Shown in pieces: positions 1 to 13,539 of a DNA stretch of 64,000 nucleotides. The position numbers and the translations under genes were made by a program. Within the stretch, counting starts at the first letter, position 1. Each line of letters begins with the position of its first letter. The notes below the pieces were generated by a model that was given only the letters and a program-made list of their open reading frames with translations, was not told the origin of the DNA and searched no databases. The stretch is from Felis catus (lineage: Eukaryota), in contig NC_058368.1 of NCBI RefSeq assembly GCF_018350175.1, forward strand, positions 17,362,001 through 17,426,000, given 5' to 3'.

Positions 1-451
1 TCAGCTGAAATCTTGGGAAGATTCAGTCCTTAAATTATCAACATTCTAGACATGTACTGACTTTTCTTTATTCTCTCTGAGAAAATTATAGTTGGCAAGA
101 AAAAGAAATGTCAAAACATGCCTTTAAACTGATACATACTCCTAAGCTTTCCCCTTAAATACACATTTGAACTTTATTTTTCAACAAGAATTTTGAAAAT
201 GCTTTTTAAAGACTAGATATGAGGTCATTCTTAAGAATTTATGTTTATATATTGAAAGTATTTCTTGAAAGAAAAGTACAGAAAGGCCCAGTCAAAATTA
301 TTTAAAACTAATTTTTTGAAAATGTTATTTATAGGAGAAAGTTCATCAGGTTTTTTCTCCTCCTTGTTTTTCTTATCTACAAAATAATGGATGCAACTTG
401 AAAAAAATAAAAGGTGTACTATAAATTAATGTATGTAAGAAATGTATAGCA

Positions 452-669
452 GGGGCGCCTGGGTGGCTCAATCCGTTAAGCATCTGACTTCTGCTCAGGT
501 CATGATCTCGTGATCCATGGATTTGAGCCCCACGTCGGGCTCTATGCTGACAGCTCAGAGGCTGGAGCCTGCTTCGGATTCTGTGTCTCCGTCTTTCTCT
601 GCTCCTCATCCATTCACACTCTATCTCTCTCTGTCTCTCAAAAATAAATAAACGTTAAAAAAAAGAACA
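452..669 (+). mobile_element. Carnivore tRNA-derived SINE (Can-SINE/SINEC)
   Basis: GGGGCGCCTGGGTGGCTCA head, CT-rich tract, A tail; perfect 15-bp TSD aagaaatgtatagca (437-451/670-684). Confidence 0.95.
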
Positions 670-1139
670 AAGAAATGTATAGCAAAGGACGTCAGATTTC
701 CTCATAATCCCATCCTTAGGAAATAACCAGTTAGCAGCTTGACGTATATTCTTTCTTGTTTTTCTGTGCATTAACAATACACACATACATTTTAATAAGA
801 TGAATCGTGTTACGCGTACCATTCTATATCTACCGTGTAAGACTTTTTATTACAGAAATGTAAAAAATAATACAGCATAACATGCACTCTGTCTAAAACT
901 AATGGCTACCGTTTTTTCATAGTTGCTTCAGATGTTTTAAAGGAATCAAACACTTTTCATAAAATGGAAGACCCCTCTGGTCTTCAACTACCATTGCCTC
1001 CCAAAGCAGCAACGATCATGAATTGGGTTTGCATATCTTACAACTTTGTTGTTGTTGTTTTTGTTGTTGTTGTTTTAATTCGCACAGTCTTTTCAAGATC
1101 TGCTATTTTGATGCATTTAGATGAGGTTTGGGCTTCTTG

Positions 1140-1790
1140 GTTTTTGTTTTGTTTTGTTTTGTTTTGTTTTAGTATGGTTGATATACAATGTTACCTTAGT
1201 TTCAGGTATACAACTTAGTCATTCCATTTACATGAGTTTTAATTATCCACTCCTTTACTCAGGGACATTTGGGTTTTCCCCTTGTTTTTTAAGTATGAAT
1301 AATGTTGCATTAAACATACTTGCAAATGTTTCTATGTATCCATGTGCAGAATTTTTGTAGGATATTTACCAAACGGTAGAATTGATGGCTCAGGCTGGAT
1401 GTACAATTTCCATTTTATGAGATGTTGCAAAATCTCTCTAAAGTGATTGAATCTATTTGTACTCCCACCAGCAGTATCTGACAATGCCTGTTTTCTCATC
1501 CTGTTGAACTGTTTAGGTTTTGCTAACCTTACAAGTATTAAATAATGTCCCATTTTAAGGTTACTTGCATTATGACAACGGAAGTTTCCTCTTCTGAGAC
1601 TTAAATGTTTATATAACTTTATATTATATATGTGTGTGTATATATATATAAAGTCTAATACACACACACATATATGTATATATGTTTATATATAATCCAG
1701 TATTTCCATTTGCTATTAGAATTTTTGTTATAGATTTATGGGAGTTTTAATTTATTTTGGATACCGATCTTTTGTTTTGGGGAGCAGGGA
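1140..1790 (-). mobile_element. Old L1 fragments (L1M-type ORF2 end/3' region, plus a short younger L1 3' end with (TTTTG)n tail)
   Basis: Recognisable antisense L1 motifs such as tttgtactcccaccagcagt and ttagtttcaggtatacaac; boundaries approximate. Confidence 0.65.
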
Positions 1791-2888
1791 CACATACGTA
1801 CATTAGGCAAAGATTACGTTGTGATTTTTTTTCGATATTTCTACAAATTTTTCTGACTCATCTATCATTTTCTGAGTTGTGCAATTAAAGAACCCTCTAT
1901 AATTGTAGATTAGTCAATGTTTTCCTGTAATCCTGTCAATTTTTGCTTTATGTATTTCAATACAAATTTGAAATTATTATATAATCTTGGTGAACTGTCT
2001 TTTCGCATACAGAGTTCCTCTTTTATTAATGGTTTTGCTTTAAATCATATTTGGACTTTAGTTAATATTGCTATAGAAGAATGTAAGGTATGATTATTAT
2101 TCATGCCTGTAATTAATAGGATTTACCGACATATTTTGTTGGTTCTTGCTTGTAAGGTTCTTCCCTTTGAATTTATTTATTTTCTTGTGTGCTTTTAGCA
2201 ATGTCTCAGCATGCATCTATAAAGGAGTAAAACCTCTTCATCTTGGTTGCCTAAGAAATACCTATATTTTGCCCTCACTTTTGAATTATGTTTTCGCTCG
2301 GTTTCTATGACTCAAATGTTGATTTACGGCCTGTCTCCAGACTTCAGAGACGAGCAGAACCGTTCACTTTGGCCCCACTCACCACTGTGATGTTCTGTTA
2401 CCTTTTTAGTCCACAGAGATGTATATCTTGTTTGAGCACAGCTCTCCTTTTCCTTATCAAGTATGCTAACAATAAAGGGGAAAATCTTCAAAGCCACCAA
2501 AAAGAAATGGCATATTACCTTTCATTTTTAATCTATCATTACTGCTAGATTAGAGAATATAAGATATAAAATCACAAAGCTGCCTTTAAGCAGATGTAAA
2601 TGTCTCCACTAGCTTTTTTACCTACAAGAAAAACTTTTTAAGAAAGAACATAAAATCACCTTCGTAGCCTGGTATTTCATTTTACAAATGAACTATCATT
2701 TATTTAATCAGTCCACTTCTGATAGATTTGAGAATTGTTTCCAATTGCACCCTGATACAAATGGAGTACAATAAACATTCTTGCATAGGAATCTCTACAC
2801 ACTTACATTAGTATTTCTATATGATAAACTCCATATAGTGAATTGCTTGGTAAAAATCTTATCCCTCAAAATCTTATGAAAACCTTTT

Positions 2889-2979
2889 TTTTTTATTCCA
2901 GTATACTTACTATAGGGTATTATATTAGTTTCAGGGGTACAATATAGTGATCCAACACTTCCATACATCATTCGGTGCT
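2889..2979 (-). mobile_element. Very short 5'-truncated carnivore L1 3' end
   Basis: poly-T then tatattagtttcaggggtacaatatagtgat; TSD tgaaaacctttt (2877-2888/2980-2991). Confidence 0.8.
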
Positions 2980-3029
2980 TGAAAACCTTTTGTATTATGA
3001 CTCCTGTCTTCCTTAGTTAAGTTAGTTCA

Positions 3030-3225
3030 GAGCTTAGGCTTTGTCTAGGCATCCATCATTTCCTTCTTGTGGGACTTTGGACAAGTCTCTTAATCTCCTT
3101 AATGCTTAGTTTCCTTACCTGTGAAAACAAGACAAGTACGGCACATACCACATAGGGTGATTGTGAGGATGAAGATATTGAATTCAAACCAATTAGTGGG
3201 ATATTCAACAAATAGTCATTATTTG
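3030..3225 (+). mobile_element. MIR SINE relic
   Basis: MIR core-like gactttggacaagtctcttaatctcc...tttccttacctgtgaaaa. Confidence 0.6.
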
Positions 3226-3577
3226 TTAAAGACACTGAAAAGAGCTAAAACAAGATGCAGATGGCTGGCAACTGTAAGGGTTTTTAAAAACACTGGTGCA
3301 ATATGGGAAGGGGTCAGTCAGGGAGTAAACGGGAATTCTCTTTACCTTCTCTGTGTGTTCATTGTGACTCAGTTTCCTTTCCCCTTGGACTTCCTCCAGA
3401 TCTAAAAGGTGGCCCTAACCAAGTCATTTTACTGCAAAGACCACCACTTGCTCCTTCTTCAGAGGCCTTTTAAACCTCCCACTCACCTGGTGCTAGAAAT
3501 GTTGTCTTCTCACTGACCCACCACAAAGATGTATTGATTCATTTGGTCTAAAAACCAATAATCCAATTTTACTGATG

Positions 3578-3700
3578 TTCATTCACTCTATACAAATGTT
3601 GGTTGAGCACCTACTGCCAAGCATTGATAACATTAAGTGTTGGAGAAATGCCAGTGAATAAAGGAGGCTTAATTCTTCCCCTTGGAGAACTCAGAGACAG
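3578..3700 (-). mobile_element. L2 3' end relic
   Basis: ttcattcac...ttgagcacctact...ccttggagaactca. Confidence 0.55.
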
Positions 3701-5090
3701 ACGTCAACTGTGGAGAGAGTGGGGGATTTGATGGCGAAGACAGGATGCTTCCCAGCACAAGTAACTTCCAAGCAGAAGCCTGAAAGGAGCAGAGGTCATC
3801 CCCATGAGGAGGGAGAAAAGAACGTGCAAAACTATGAGGGTAGTGTAGCAAAGAGTAGTGACTAGTGACAGATTTTCTGTAGCTGGCTTACCATGGTGAA
3901 ATCTGCTCTGAGGGATGACCTTTTTGGTCAAGAGCCTGGTTAAGTGGCTGTTGGGGAAATTAAAATGGCAGCTGGGCTGGCGGAATCTGGGGAAGTGGCA
4001 CCTGAGACCAAGAGAAGCCACGAGCAGGCGGTGGAGGTGACTCTGCGGACTGCTGAGAAGTTTGCCTTGAGGTGCACGGGGTTGAGTGCAGGTTGAGGCA
4101 GCCAGTTGTCAGGGTCCAGAACGCAGAAGAGAGAGACCCGAGTTGGAAACAATTTGGGGAGGTTTCTTTGTATGGTTTTCAGCACTCAACCAAACGACAG
4201 CATGAAAGCATTTGTTTTGTTCAGTTCTGAGCAAACATGTTGGTTAGAACTACAAAGCTCACTTGACATGGGTCCATGTACACGTGAGTAAATAAGGTTT
4301 GGCCCCAGATAGCGATTACTACTGGCACCTATTTCTTTCATCTCGTGAGACACAATGTAATTGTAAACATCAATCTAGATACCACAGACTTAGCAAAAAA
4401 AAAAAAAAAAGTTTACTTTTTCCCTGTGGGGAAGAACTTGAGTTATTTTCCCTTTGTCTCTGTCGGCTGGCTTGCCAGGCCTCCTCCTCTTCTTTTGTAA
4501 GAAACAGACGTGATCCTGTCTGTGCTGTTCGTGACAAAAGTATCCCCAACCCTGAAAAGCGTGTTAATTTCTTTTAAGATAAATTTTTTACGAGCATGTT
4601 ATTGCTCGGTGAGCTAAAATAGACTCTTCTGTGATCTTCAATACCTGCATCTGTGCTCTTTTATTTAAAAACATAACACCACAAAGGATACGGAGAATGG
4701 TTTGACTTCCTTTATAAATTTCACACTATTTCACTAGACCAATTTAAAACCTCCCTTGCACTGCTCACACACTATTTGGATAATAACTTACCTTTCACTG
4801 GAGAGGGAATAAATATGTATTCTGGAGGGTCACCTGTGGGTGCTGGACTGATGGGGAGTAATTGTTTTATATTTTGGGGTCTGGGCTGTGGGATATGTGG
4901 CTTTATTTGATTATTCTCTCATTCCAGGTAATAATATCAGCCACTCACTGTTTTTTCCATTAAGACTATGACCTTACTCAGCACAGTGTCTATTTAAGAT
5001 CTGATTACAGAATAAATAGGCTTTTCTACAGTACGTGAAGACATAATGTGGGCCTTTACTAAACTAATAGACAAAGATCTGCAGTTAACC

Positions 5091-5303
5091 TTTTTTTTTA
5101 AGTTTATTTATTTTTAAGAGAAACAGAGACAGTGTGAACAGGGGAGGGGCAGAGAGAGAGAGAGAGAGAGAGAATCTCAAGCAGGCTCCGCACTGTCAGC
5201 ACTGAGCCCGATGTGGGGTTTGAACTCATGAAACCATGAGATCATGACCTGAGCCGAAACCAAGAGTTGGATGCTTAATCAACTGAGCCACCCAAGTGCC
5301 CCC
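5091..5303 (-). mobile_element. Can-SINE
   Basis: Reverse-complement SINE with (GA)n; TSD tgcagttaac. Confidence 0.92.
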
Positions 5304-7727
5304 TTGCAGTTAACTTTTAAGGGAAACCAAGCTCCTAGAAATAAAACATGCAAACAAAACATGCCAAAGATAGGGGAGTTAAAATCTTACTTATAAATGA
5401 TAGTAATTTTCCAGGACAAGCACTTCTTCTGGATTTTGCTTAGGTATCCTTCAGCTGTTGACAATCTTCATTTGTTGATTCTTTGCATCCTTTTTCTTGC
5501 TTATTATCTATGCATTAAAATGTTCCAGGAACATCTTGCCATTTTAACTCAACTCACTGCTTGAAGGATTTTTTAACTCCTTTATTAGTATATGAGATTC
5601 GGTCCAAATGGTAACAGTTATAAACAATATTTAAATTGTAGAAGTTTTTTACAAGGTATTGAGAACTTGAAATAGCAATAACAATTATTCTTTTCAGTTC
5701 TCATCCAACTACAGTGAAAAGGTAGAGAGGTAGTAATGTCTAGCCACTCATTTTTATTCATATCCTAAGAAACTAAGCAGTTCACAAGAATTTTTTCTTA
5801 TAAAAACTATTGAATGTGTTGTAAGCTTATTGTATTAATCACTTTATACTTTAACTGCAATGATTACAATTGATTAATAGATCCGTTTTCCAATTATCAT
5901 CAGTGAAGCACAGAGAGGGAAAGAAATCACATAAGTAAATCTACTGATTTTCACAAAACTAATTTTAAGGAAATAAATACCTTTTCTAATGCCTTCTGTT
6001 GGCTACTGTAGTAAAATTGTGAGATTCAAGGTTAAAACCTTTTTCCATTTGGCCAATTTCTTCCTGCTGGAAGGAACACCGTACTGTACGATAAGCAATT
6101 GTGATAATATGGTTTGTACCGTTCACATAAATCATATTATTTATTGCTTATTGCATGGACCAGGACCTCCCATCCCTCGCTCTTCTCTGCCTCTCTGCCA
6201 CACACACCACACACACATGCCTATAAAGCATATGTGTCAGACATGTGATTCATTTTCTAATAGGGTAACTGTTATCATTAATCTTCACTCTGATCAACAA
6301 GTTGGATAATTTTCAGAGTGCTACATAGGACTCATTCAGTTTTTCCTTATATGAACTCTGCATTAAACCATCATATAACAACATATTGTAGACGAAATGA
6401 GTCTGAACACACACATGCAGAACACCAGTTTGTCTCTGATATGTAGCCCATTTTGTGTTTAACAGTCAGACTCCCTCACATGATTTAATCTGTTCCACTT
6501 CTAGTCAATATCCATGAGGAAGAGGGGGATGGAAGATGAGAGATGCTGTTATTTAATAGGAACACCCCCCCCCCCACTGCATTTCACAACTCTCTCCCTT
6601 AACTTGGAAACCTAGTTTGTATGGTGATATGGTTTGCCAGCCATGTGAGACAGAGAGATCACATTGGATACGGATGATCAGACCTCCATAAAACATACAT
6701 ACAAACACAGATGTGCCTGGTTTGGCCATTCGGTCAGAAAAAGCATTTTCAGACTGTCTTCACCTTTGGCCCCTACTTAGGTGTGAGAAATGTAAGGAAT
6801 TTATTGGCTTGTATTTGAGGTCTGCCTTGACTGAGGTTAATAAGATAACACCTGCATGTACACACACACTCACTTGTCCTAACACCATCCAAGTTGTAGA
6901 AGGATGAGAAGGAGGTAAAGTATGCCCTGGGCAGATGTATCACCCCCTGAACCAAAATATGCAAACAAAATATCTAAGGCTGGTTTTGTATTATCCAAAA
7001 GTTCAGGGGAACTTGGATAAGTATGCCCCTCCCCCCACATGAAGAAACAAAGAAAAACATTATTTTCTGGTTTTAACAAAGGTAATTTATTTGGGTCAGA
7101 GAAATAAAGAATTTATGCTCAAGTTAAACAGGGCACAAAATGGATTTCCTTTGACTGTAAGCCATGATTGTAGGGTTTTGCTTGATTATTGGGTGTTTAG
7201 TAATTCAGTTAGATGCTCAGAAACATGGCGGTCAGCTCTTTAATGGTCTTGTGTTTTAAGGAACACTGATGAGCCCTATGACCTTCTAGACTCAGTCCTT
7301 TTGAGTCTTATAAAACCAGACACAAATGACTAAAATGTCTCAAATCTTACTATTCTGTGTCTACACTCAATTCATTTATCTTTGTCAAAGTTTGATTCTA
7401 AAATAAGCTGACAGTGAGTAAGTATATACCCTATAATTTCTTTACCTTCCTGTGACCTATAAATATTTCAAAGTAAGTTTTGTTACAAGTCAGAACACAA
7501 ATAACCTCTCAGTGTTCTTCATTATTCAGCTATCTCTCGCTGTTCCTCAGACTTGTGTCAGCTGTCTCACAAGGTAAACTGTTGGTCACAAGCAGAATCA
7601 CACAGAGAATGATGATTAGATCAATTCATCACCAAAACCAGAGAAAAATACAGTTTTCAGAGCATGCGTCTTACCTTAATGACCTAAGTCACATCATTTT
7701 CATACATATTTAAGACTAATACCTTGG

Positions 7728-7956
7728 GGGGCGCCTGGGTGGCGCAGTCGGTTAAGCGTCCGACTTCAGCCAGGTCACGATCTCGCAGTCCGTGAGTTCA
7801 AGCCCCGCGTCGGGCTCTGGGCTGATGGCTCAGAGCCTGGAGCCTGTTTCCGATTCTGTGTCTCCCTCTCTCTCTGCCCCTCCCCTGTTCGTGCTCTGTC
7901 TCTCTCTGTCCCAAAAATAAATAAACGTTGAAAAAAAAAATTAAAAAAAAAAAAAA
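7728..7956 (+). mobile_element. Can-SINE, young felid subfamily
   Basis: Diagnostic ggcgcagtcg...agccaggtcacga...gggctgatggct; CpG-rich; perfect 16-bp TSD aagactaataccttgg. Confidence 0.95.
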
Positions 7957-8616
7957 AAGACTAATACCTTGGTATGAGATTATTTTTCTAGTGGAACTTC
8001 AGTTGGCTTAGGGCACCCCACTCTACCTACAGAGTTATAGGTAACCTATAGTGGTCTTCCTAAAGTCTTCAGGATGGGTAATCATATATATTTAGTCCAA
8101 TTATGCCAATACGTGCTAACTCTGCAGTAGTCATGATAGACCCAGTTACACCAGATTATGACCAAATGTAATGGACCAGAAAATGTCATAATGCAACTAG
8201 TCTCCGGGCTGAAGGCTTGGGAAAAGATGATACACTGAGCCGTCTAACCAAACTTACAACAATTCAGCCCATGTGTTTTGTTTCATTGGGGGTTATTTTA
8301 CTAGCTGACCTTCCAGGAAATACATTTAGAAGCCACTTATAATCCCACATATGGGGGACAAAGTAACTTGAGCCTCAAAATGAGAACGTTCCATTAGGCA
8401 CTTAACCATAAATTTTTTTTTCTTTTTCAACAAAGGCTTTTCGCCCTGAAAACTGTATAAATCAACAGATTAAAGAGATGTTCTCTTACCGAAAGGACAA
8501 AATCTGATCTAAGGGAGTCAGTTCAATAAAGCTCTCTCTTCTCTGGAATTCTGTCGGTAAGGATTGATATGGAAAAAATACAAATAATCCAAAGGGCACT
8601 GCCTCATTCTTAACAG

Positions 8617-8766
8617 AACCCGTCTTCTACTTCGGTGATGTCGAGTACTCCGTGGACGAGAGCGCCGGCTATGTAGAAGTGCGGGTGTGGAGGACGGGCA
8701 CAGACCTGTCCAAGCCTTCCAGTGTCACCGTGAGGTCTCGGAAAACAGATCCCCCCTCTGCTGATG
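8617..8766 (+). CDS. FREM2: FREM2 coding exon (~exon 7), Calx-beta
   Basis: taacag|AACCC...GATG|gtgag; 150 nt, phase 1-1; [33 protein letters not shown]...PPSAD. Confidence 0.95.
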
Positions 8767-8970
8767 GTGAGCAGTTTCCTATGGCAGCTCTTTCGATTGC
8801 TCTACAGTATTCAACTCACCATGAAGCAAAATACTTTAAAGCTAAAATACTGCATTCCTCCTAAAGCAGTCTGGATGAATGGAACTTTTTCTGAAATTAT
8901 TTTTATATAAGAGATAAGTCTAGGCTCTCTTTATTATTGTGAGAAAATACATTTAAAAGCCACAAATCAG

Positions 8971-9197
8971 GGGTGCCTGGGTGGCTCAGTCTGTTAAACA
9001 TCCGACTTCAGCTCAGGTCATGACCTCACGGTTCGTGGGTTCGAGCCCGGCGTCAGGCTCTGTGCTGACGGCTCAGAACCTGGATCCTGCTTCAGATTCT
9101 GTGTCTCTGTCTCTCTCTGCCTCTCCCCTGCTCACACTCTGTCTCTCTCTCTCTCTCTCTCTCTCAAAAAATAAATAAACATTTCAAAAAATATTTT
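8971..9197 (+). mobile_element. Can-SINE
   Basis: Full body; TSD aaagccacaaatcag. Confidence 0.93.
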
Positions 9198-10745
9198 AAA
9201 GCCACAAATCAGAGGCTTCGTTACAAACACAGAACTCAAAGACTCTAAATTCTAATGCCTTCTTTGCATGAATTGGTTCTCTAATTCATTAGATTCTAAT
9301 TCATTAGATTTACACTTTGCAAATCTAACATCATTGCATATTATGGCACCAGTGTGCACAGGAATGATCTTGCCAGCCACTCTCACAGAAATCTAATGAA
9401 GGGTAAGTATCTTGAAGATGTGCATCTCCGACCTGGTTCCCTCCTCATTTTAACCAGATGTCCCCATAAATACTTCAGATCCGAAAGGCTTTTCCATGCT
9501 TCAGTATATAAGCTACCCTACCTGGTCCATGCTTGCTTTTATTCTGGAATGTACATCTCCAAAGAGTTGATCATAAAGTTTAGGGTAAGCATAGGATTAG
9601 GAATGTCCTTTGTTTCTTCTTCTAAGTTGCCAACAATACACACTCTGTCTTTCTCGTGTGCACACACACACGTACATCATGCACGCATCACACACTCATC
9701 CCACAAAGCAAGCAGGGACCATATCATTTTAAAGGTCACACTGAAGTTTTAACCTTTTTAATGTAGTGGAAACAGCATAATACTTTGCATGTAGTCAGTG
9801 TCCAGTAAGTATTTGATTCCCTGAATTCATCATTTTTTAAGAAAAAGTTCAAATCGGAGAAAGATGAAAATTAAAGATGAAGCAGAGGAAAAGAAAAATA
9901 CTGGAAGAACCACAGGACATTTGGATGGAGATTTCAAAAAAATGAATTAAGGGCATATACACTCACAGTTGCATATTCAGAGGTAGAGAGAATATAAAAT
10001 GAGAGTTAGGAGAACAGAAGGTATGAAAACAAAGAAGCAATAATATGGAAACCTTGTCACCCACTCTCAGCCTTTATGAATTCCCTAAAGATTGACGGAC
10101 AGTTTTGTTTGTAACTATTTTAGACATAAATTGAGGTGTTGACACTAGGTTTGCACCCCATGGTCTGAAAAATAATAAGCCAAAGACCAGATATGTCTTT
10201 GAGAATAAAAGCTGGCTGCTCTCTTTTCTTGGGGCGAGTGTGGGTAGAGTGAGAGGGACAAAAGCTTATATCTGAAATGTTGCTTTAACCAACAGACAAA
10301 CACACACCTAAGTAGGATATTTTCTTGTAGCTTTGGAAAATAAATATAGATATTTAGCTGATGTTAACAAACTTTAAATGTATGTATTTCATAGGTAATT
10401 TTACGATAATCATATGTATGATTGATGTGCTGATTAACTCAGACCTGAATTTTATTAGCTCTATTCGAGAATTCTAAAATAAAAACAGAAGAATTATGTA
10501 ACCAAAGCTAAAATAGCTCATTAGACATAAAGAAAATAAAGTTCAGAACCTGGCCTTTGTTCTACTATCTCAAAAACCTATATGATACTAACCTTTTGCA
10601 TTTCATTAAATGTACATTTTGCAATGTAATACTGGTCTATATATTTTTTTTAAAGAATCACAAATAGGTCTACATAATTTGCATCTCATAATCTTGTTTA
10701 ATTTAGTCAGTCCCTGACTGAATCATTCTTTTGTTACTCGTATAG

Positions 10746-10955
10746 CTGGAACTGACTATGTGGGAATCAGCCGTAATTTAGATTTTGCACCTGGAGTCAA
10801 CATGCAGACTGTTCGTGTTACCATCCTGGACGATCTCGGGCAACCAGTGCTGGAAGGAATTGAGAAATTTGAACTGGTGCTTCGTATGCCGATGAACGCT
10901 GCCCTTGGCGAGCCCAGCAAAGCCACAGTGTCCATAAATGATTCTGTCTCAGATT
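10746..10955 (+). CDS. FREM2: FREM2 coding exon (~exon 8), Calx-beta
   Basis: tatag|CTGGA...GATT|gtgag; 210 nt; [17 protein letters not shown]...VSINDSVSD. Confidence 0.95.
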
Positions 10956-11047
10956 GTGAGTGTCTATTAATTGACAATGATGAGTAAAATGATAGGCTAG
11001 AGTTTATATACATGTTAAGTAAAATGATGAACTGGGGTTCGCATACC

Positions 11048-11449
11048 TGTAGAAGTCTGCTAGGGCGGCCGTAAGAAAGTACTATAGACTCCACAATTTC
11101 TTGTCTCACAGTTCTGGAGGCTAGAAATCCAAAATCAAGATGTCGGCAAGGTTGGTTTGTTCCAAAGGCTGTGTGGGAAGGATCTGTTCCATGCCTCTTC
11201 TTTGGCTTATAGATACCCATCTTGTCCTTATGTGCCTTTACTTTATCTTCTAAGTATGTCACTGTGTCTAAATTTCCCCTGCTTATAAAGACACCAATTC
11301 TAGTCAATTAGAATCCATTCTCACGACCTAATTTTTACTTGATTACGTCTGTAAAGACCATATCCTCAAAGAAAGTCACATTTTCAGATTGTGTGGGTTA
11401 TAGGACTTCAACCTACGAATTTGGAGGGGATGCAATTCGACCCATAACA
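11048..11449 (-). mobile_element. MaLR solo LTR (MLT1B-like)
   Basis: TG...CA termini; tctcacagttctggaggctagaaatccaaaatcaagatgtcggcaagg hallmark; 5-bp flanks atacc/gtacc. Confidence 0.85.
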
Positions 11450-11893
11450 GTACCCTATCTGACCATGTCTTGCTTTCTCCTTCTGACCATTTTGTTAAAA
11501 TTAGGTAGTCTCAGAAGAAAACTTTTAGTCTTCTTTCCAAATTTAAAAAAACGAAGTGAGATTGTCATCAGTATCTCGATGGAACCACATGGGGTTGCAC
11601 AGACCCTTGAATGTAATGGTCTTTTCCCACTTCTCAACACAAGACTTCTATCATCTCTAGACACTTGAAACTTCCCTAATAAGATGCCAAAACTATAGTT
11701 CTAAGTCATGCAGCTGCTGGACACATGGTAGGGCTCTCTGACACGTCCTCATGAGGGAGTTTTGAATAAGTTTCAACCATGGTGATGTGGCGTTGCTTGG
11801 AAGAATGTAGCCTATTGTTAATGAGGCTTATGTTTAATTCACCCATCATAGGTATCACTTAAAATATATACATAATATTCAAGATCAAAAACA

Positions 11894-11930
<37 letters not shown>

Positions 11931-12385
11931 CACATATATAATACTATATTCATTATCAACTTTTCTCACATAGTCTGGGTAAACTCAGCTTGTAATTATA
12001 TATACAATATTGAGTGTTATTCACAGATAGTTCAGAAATTACCCAGAAATTTCAGTAATTCTGAAAAGCTCATGATTAAGCAACATATATAAATACCGAT
12101 ATCTCAAAGTCTCTGGTTTTGTCTATTTTTTTTACCATTTCACTGCATCTCCCTACTCCGTGGAATGGGCAGAGCAGAATTTCACAGATAAGAGATATCA
12201 AAACACTTCATTTATTTAAGTGATTTGCTTAACGCCAAAACATTGTCAAGTGACTGCGTGGAAACTGGAGTTCAGTTCTCACTTCCGTTCCATTATTCTT
12301 GCCACTAAGCCAGGTTCTCTGAAATGCCGTTTTCCTCAAGGAGATCTCTGTCCACTTTGATCCTGATGTCCATTTGTTTTTGCAG

Positions 12386-12583
12386 TGCCTAAGATGCAAT
12401 TCAAAGAACGGGTGTATATTGGCAATGAAAATGATGGGCAGATAGTCGCAATGATCCACAGGAATGGAGACATTCACTACAGGTCTTCAGTGAGATGCTA
12501 CACACGCCAGGGGTCTGCACAGGTGATGGCGGACTTTGAGGAACGTCCAAACACTGATGGCTCCATCATCACGTTCCTCCCTG
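12386..12583 (+). CDS. FREM2: FREM2 coding exon (~exon 9), Calx-beta
   Basis: ttgcag|TGCCT...CCTG|gtaag; 198 nt; [11 protein letters not shown]...IITFLP. Confidence 0.95.
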
Positions 12584-13169
12584 GTAAGGTCGGGCCTGAC
12601 ATTTTTCTGTGGAATTTGAGGAAGCCGAGTTTTTGATGAGAAACACGTACCAGGAAAATACATGTCCCTGACTTCCACAAGCTTATGGCGTGGTTTTACG
12701 TGCACCGTGTGAATAGGGCAGAGTAGGCTGTCACAGATTGAACGAATGTCTTTTTCATGTCGTATTAATTTATTAATTAGTTTCCAGTGATGTGCTGTAT
12801 TGTTTACCCAGGGGCATATGAGCTGTATAGATATGCTGTATAGATATCTCCTACTGCTGGGAGATAGGGTTCAAACGATAGAAAGGGGAGGAAACAGATG
12901 TCACACGTTCAATGTGAATTCAGAGCCTCAAAATGTTTGATCACTTTGATCCCGTAATTGTACTAGAAACTAGCACTGTGGTCACATTAACTCTGACCGT
13001 CCGGTACAAGGCTGCTAAATTTGCTTCCTGATCGTGATGCAAGAAATTCATACATAAAATTGGTATTTGCTCATTATCCTTGTTTTCTAAGATGAGCGAC
13101 AGAACTTAAAAACAGACATTAAAGAAATTTCCCATACAAGTCGGAGCGCTCGTTGCATATGTTCAAACA

Positions 13170-13295
13170 TTTAATCATTCATTCAGCAAATATTTATTGG
13201 AGGCTTATGACATGCCGGATACTGTTCTTCGCCCTGTCAGTATAGCAGGGAAAAAAGCAACATCCTTGCCCTTACGGTGCTTGTATTCTAGTAGC
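13170..13295 (-). mobile_element. L2 3' end relic
   Basis: cattcattcagcaaatatttattggagg...tgccggatactgttct. Confidence 0.6.
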
Positions 13296-13374
13296 CCATG
13301 TGTCCTTTAGGGCCTGGGATGGGATTGGGATGGGATGGGATGTAACTGATGTGTTGTCGTTATCACTGTCCCAG

Positions 13375-13539
13375 GTGAGACTGAAAAGCCTTGTGTCCTC
13401 GAGCTGATGGACGACAAACTCTATGAGGAGGTAGAGGAGCTCCGCCTGGTTCTTGGCACCCCACACAGCAACTCCCCCTTCGGGGCTGCGGTCGGGGAAC
13501 AAAATGAAACTCTGATAAGGATCCAAGATGATGCTGATA
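13375..13539 (+). CDS. FREM2: FREM2 coding exon (~exon 10), Calx-beta
   Basis: cccag|GTGAG...GATA|gtaag; 165 nt; [25 protein letters not shown]...IQDDAD. Confidence 0.95.

Noticed and set aside
452..530. tRNA-like A/B boxes at SINE heads as tRNA genes
   Set aside because: tRNA-derived SINE promoters followed by SINE body and A tail; no complete cloverleaf
10756..11307. 183-aa minus-strand ORF, the longest in the window
   Set aside because: Made of MLT1 LTR sequence plus the antisense of FREM2 exon 8; no recognisable protein or independent gene structure
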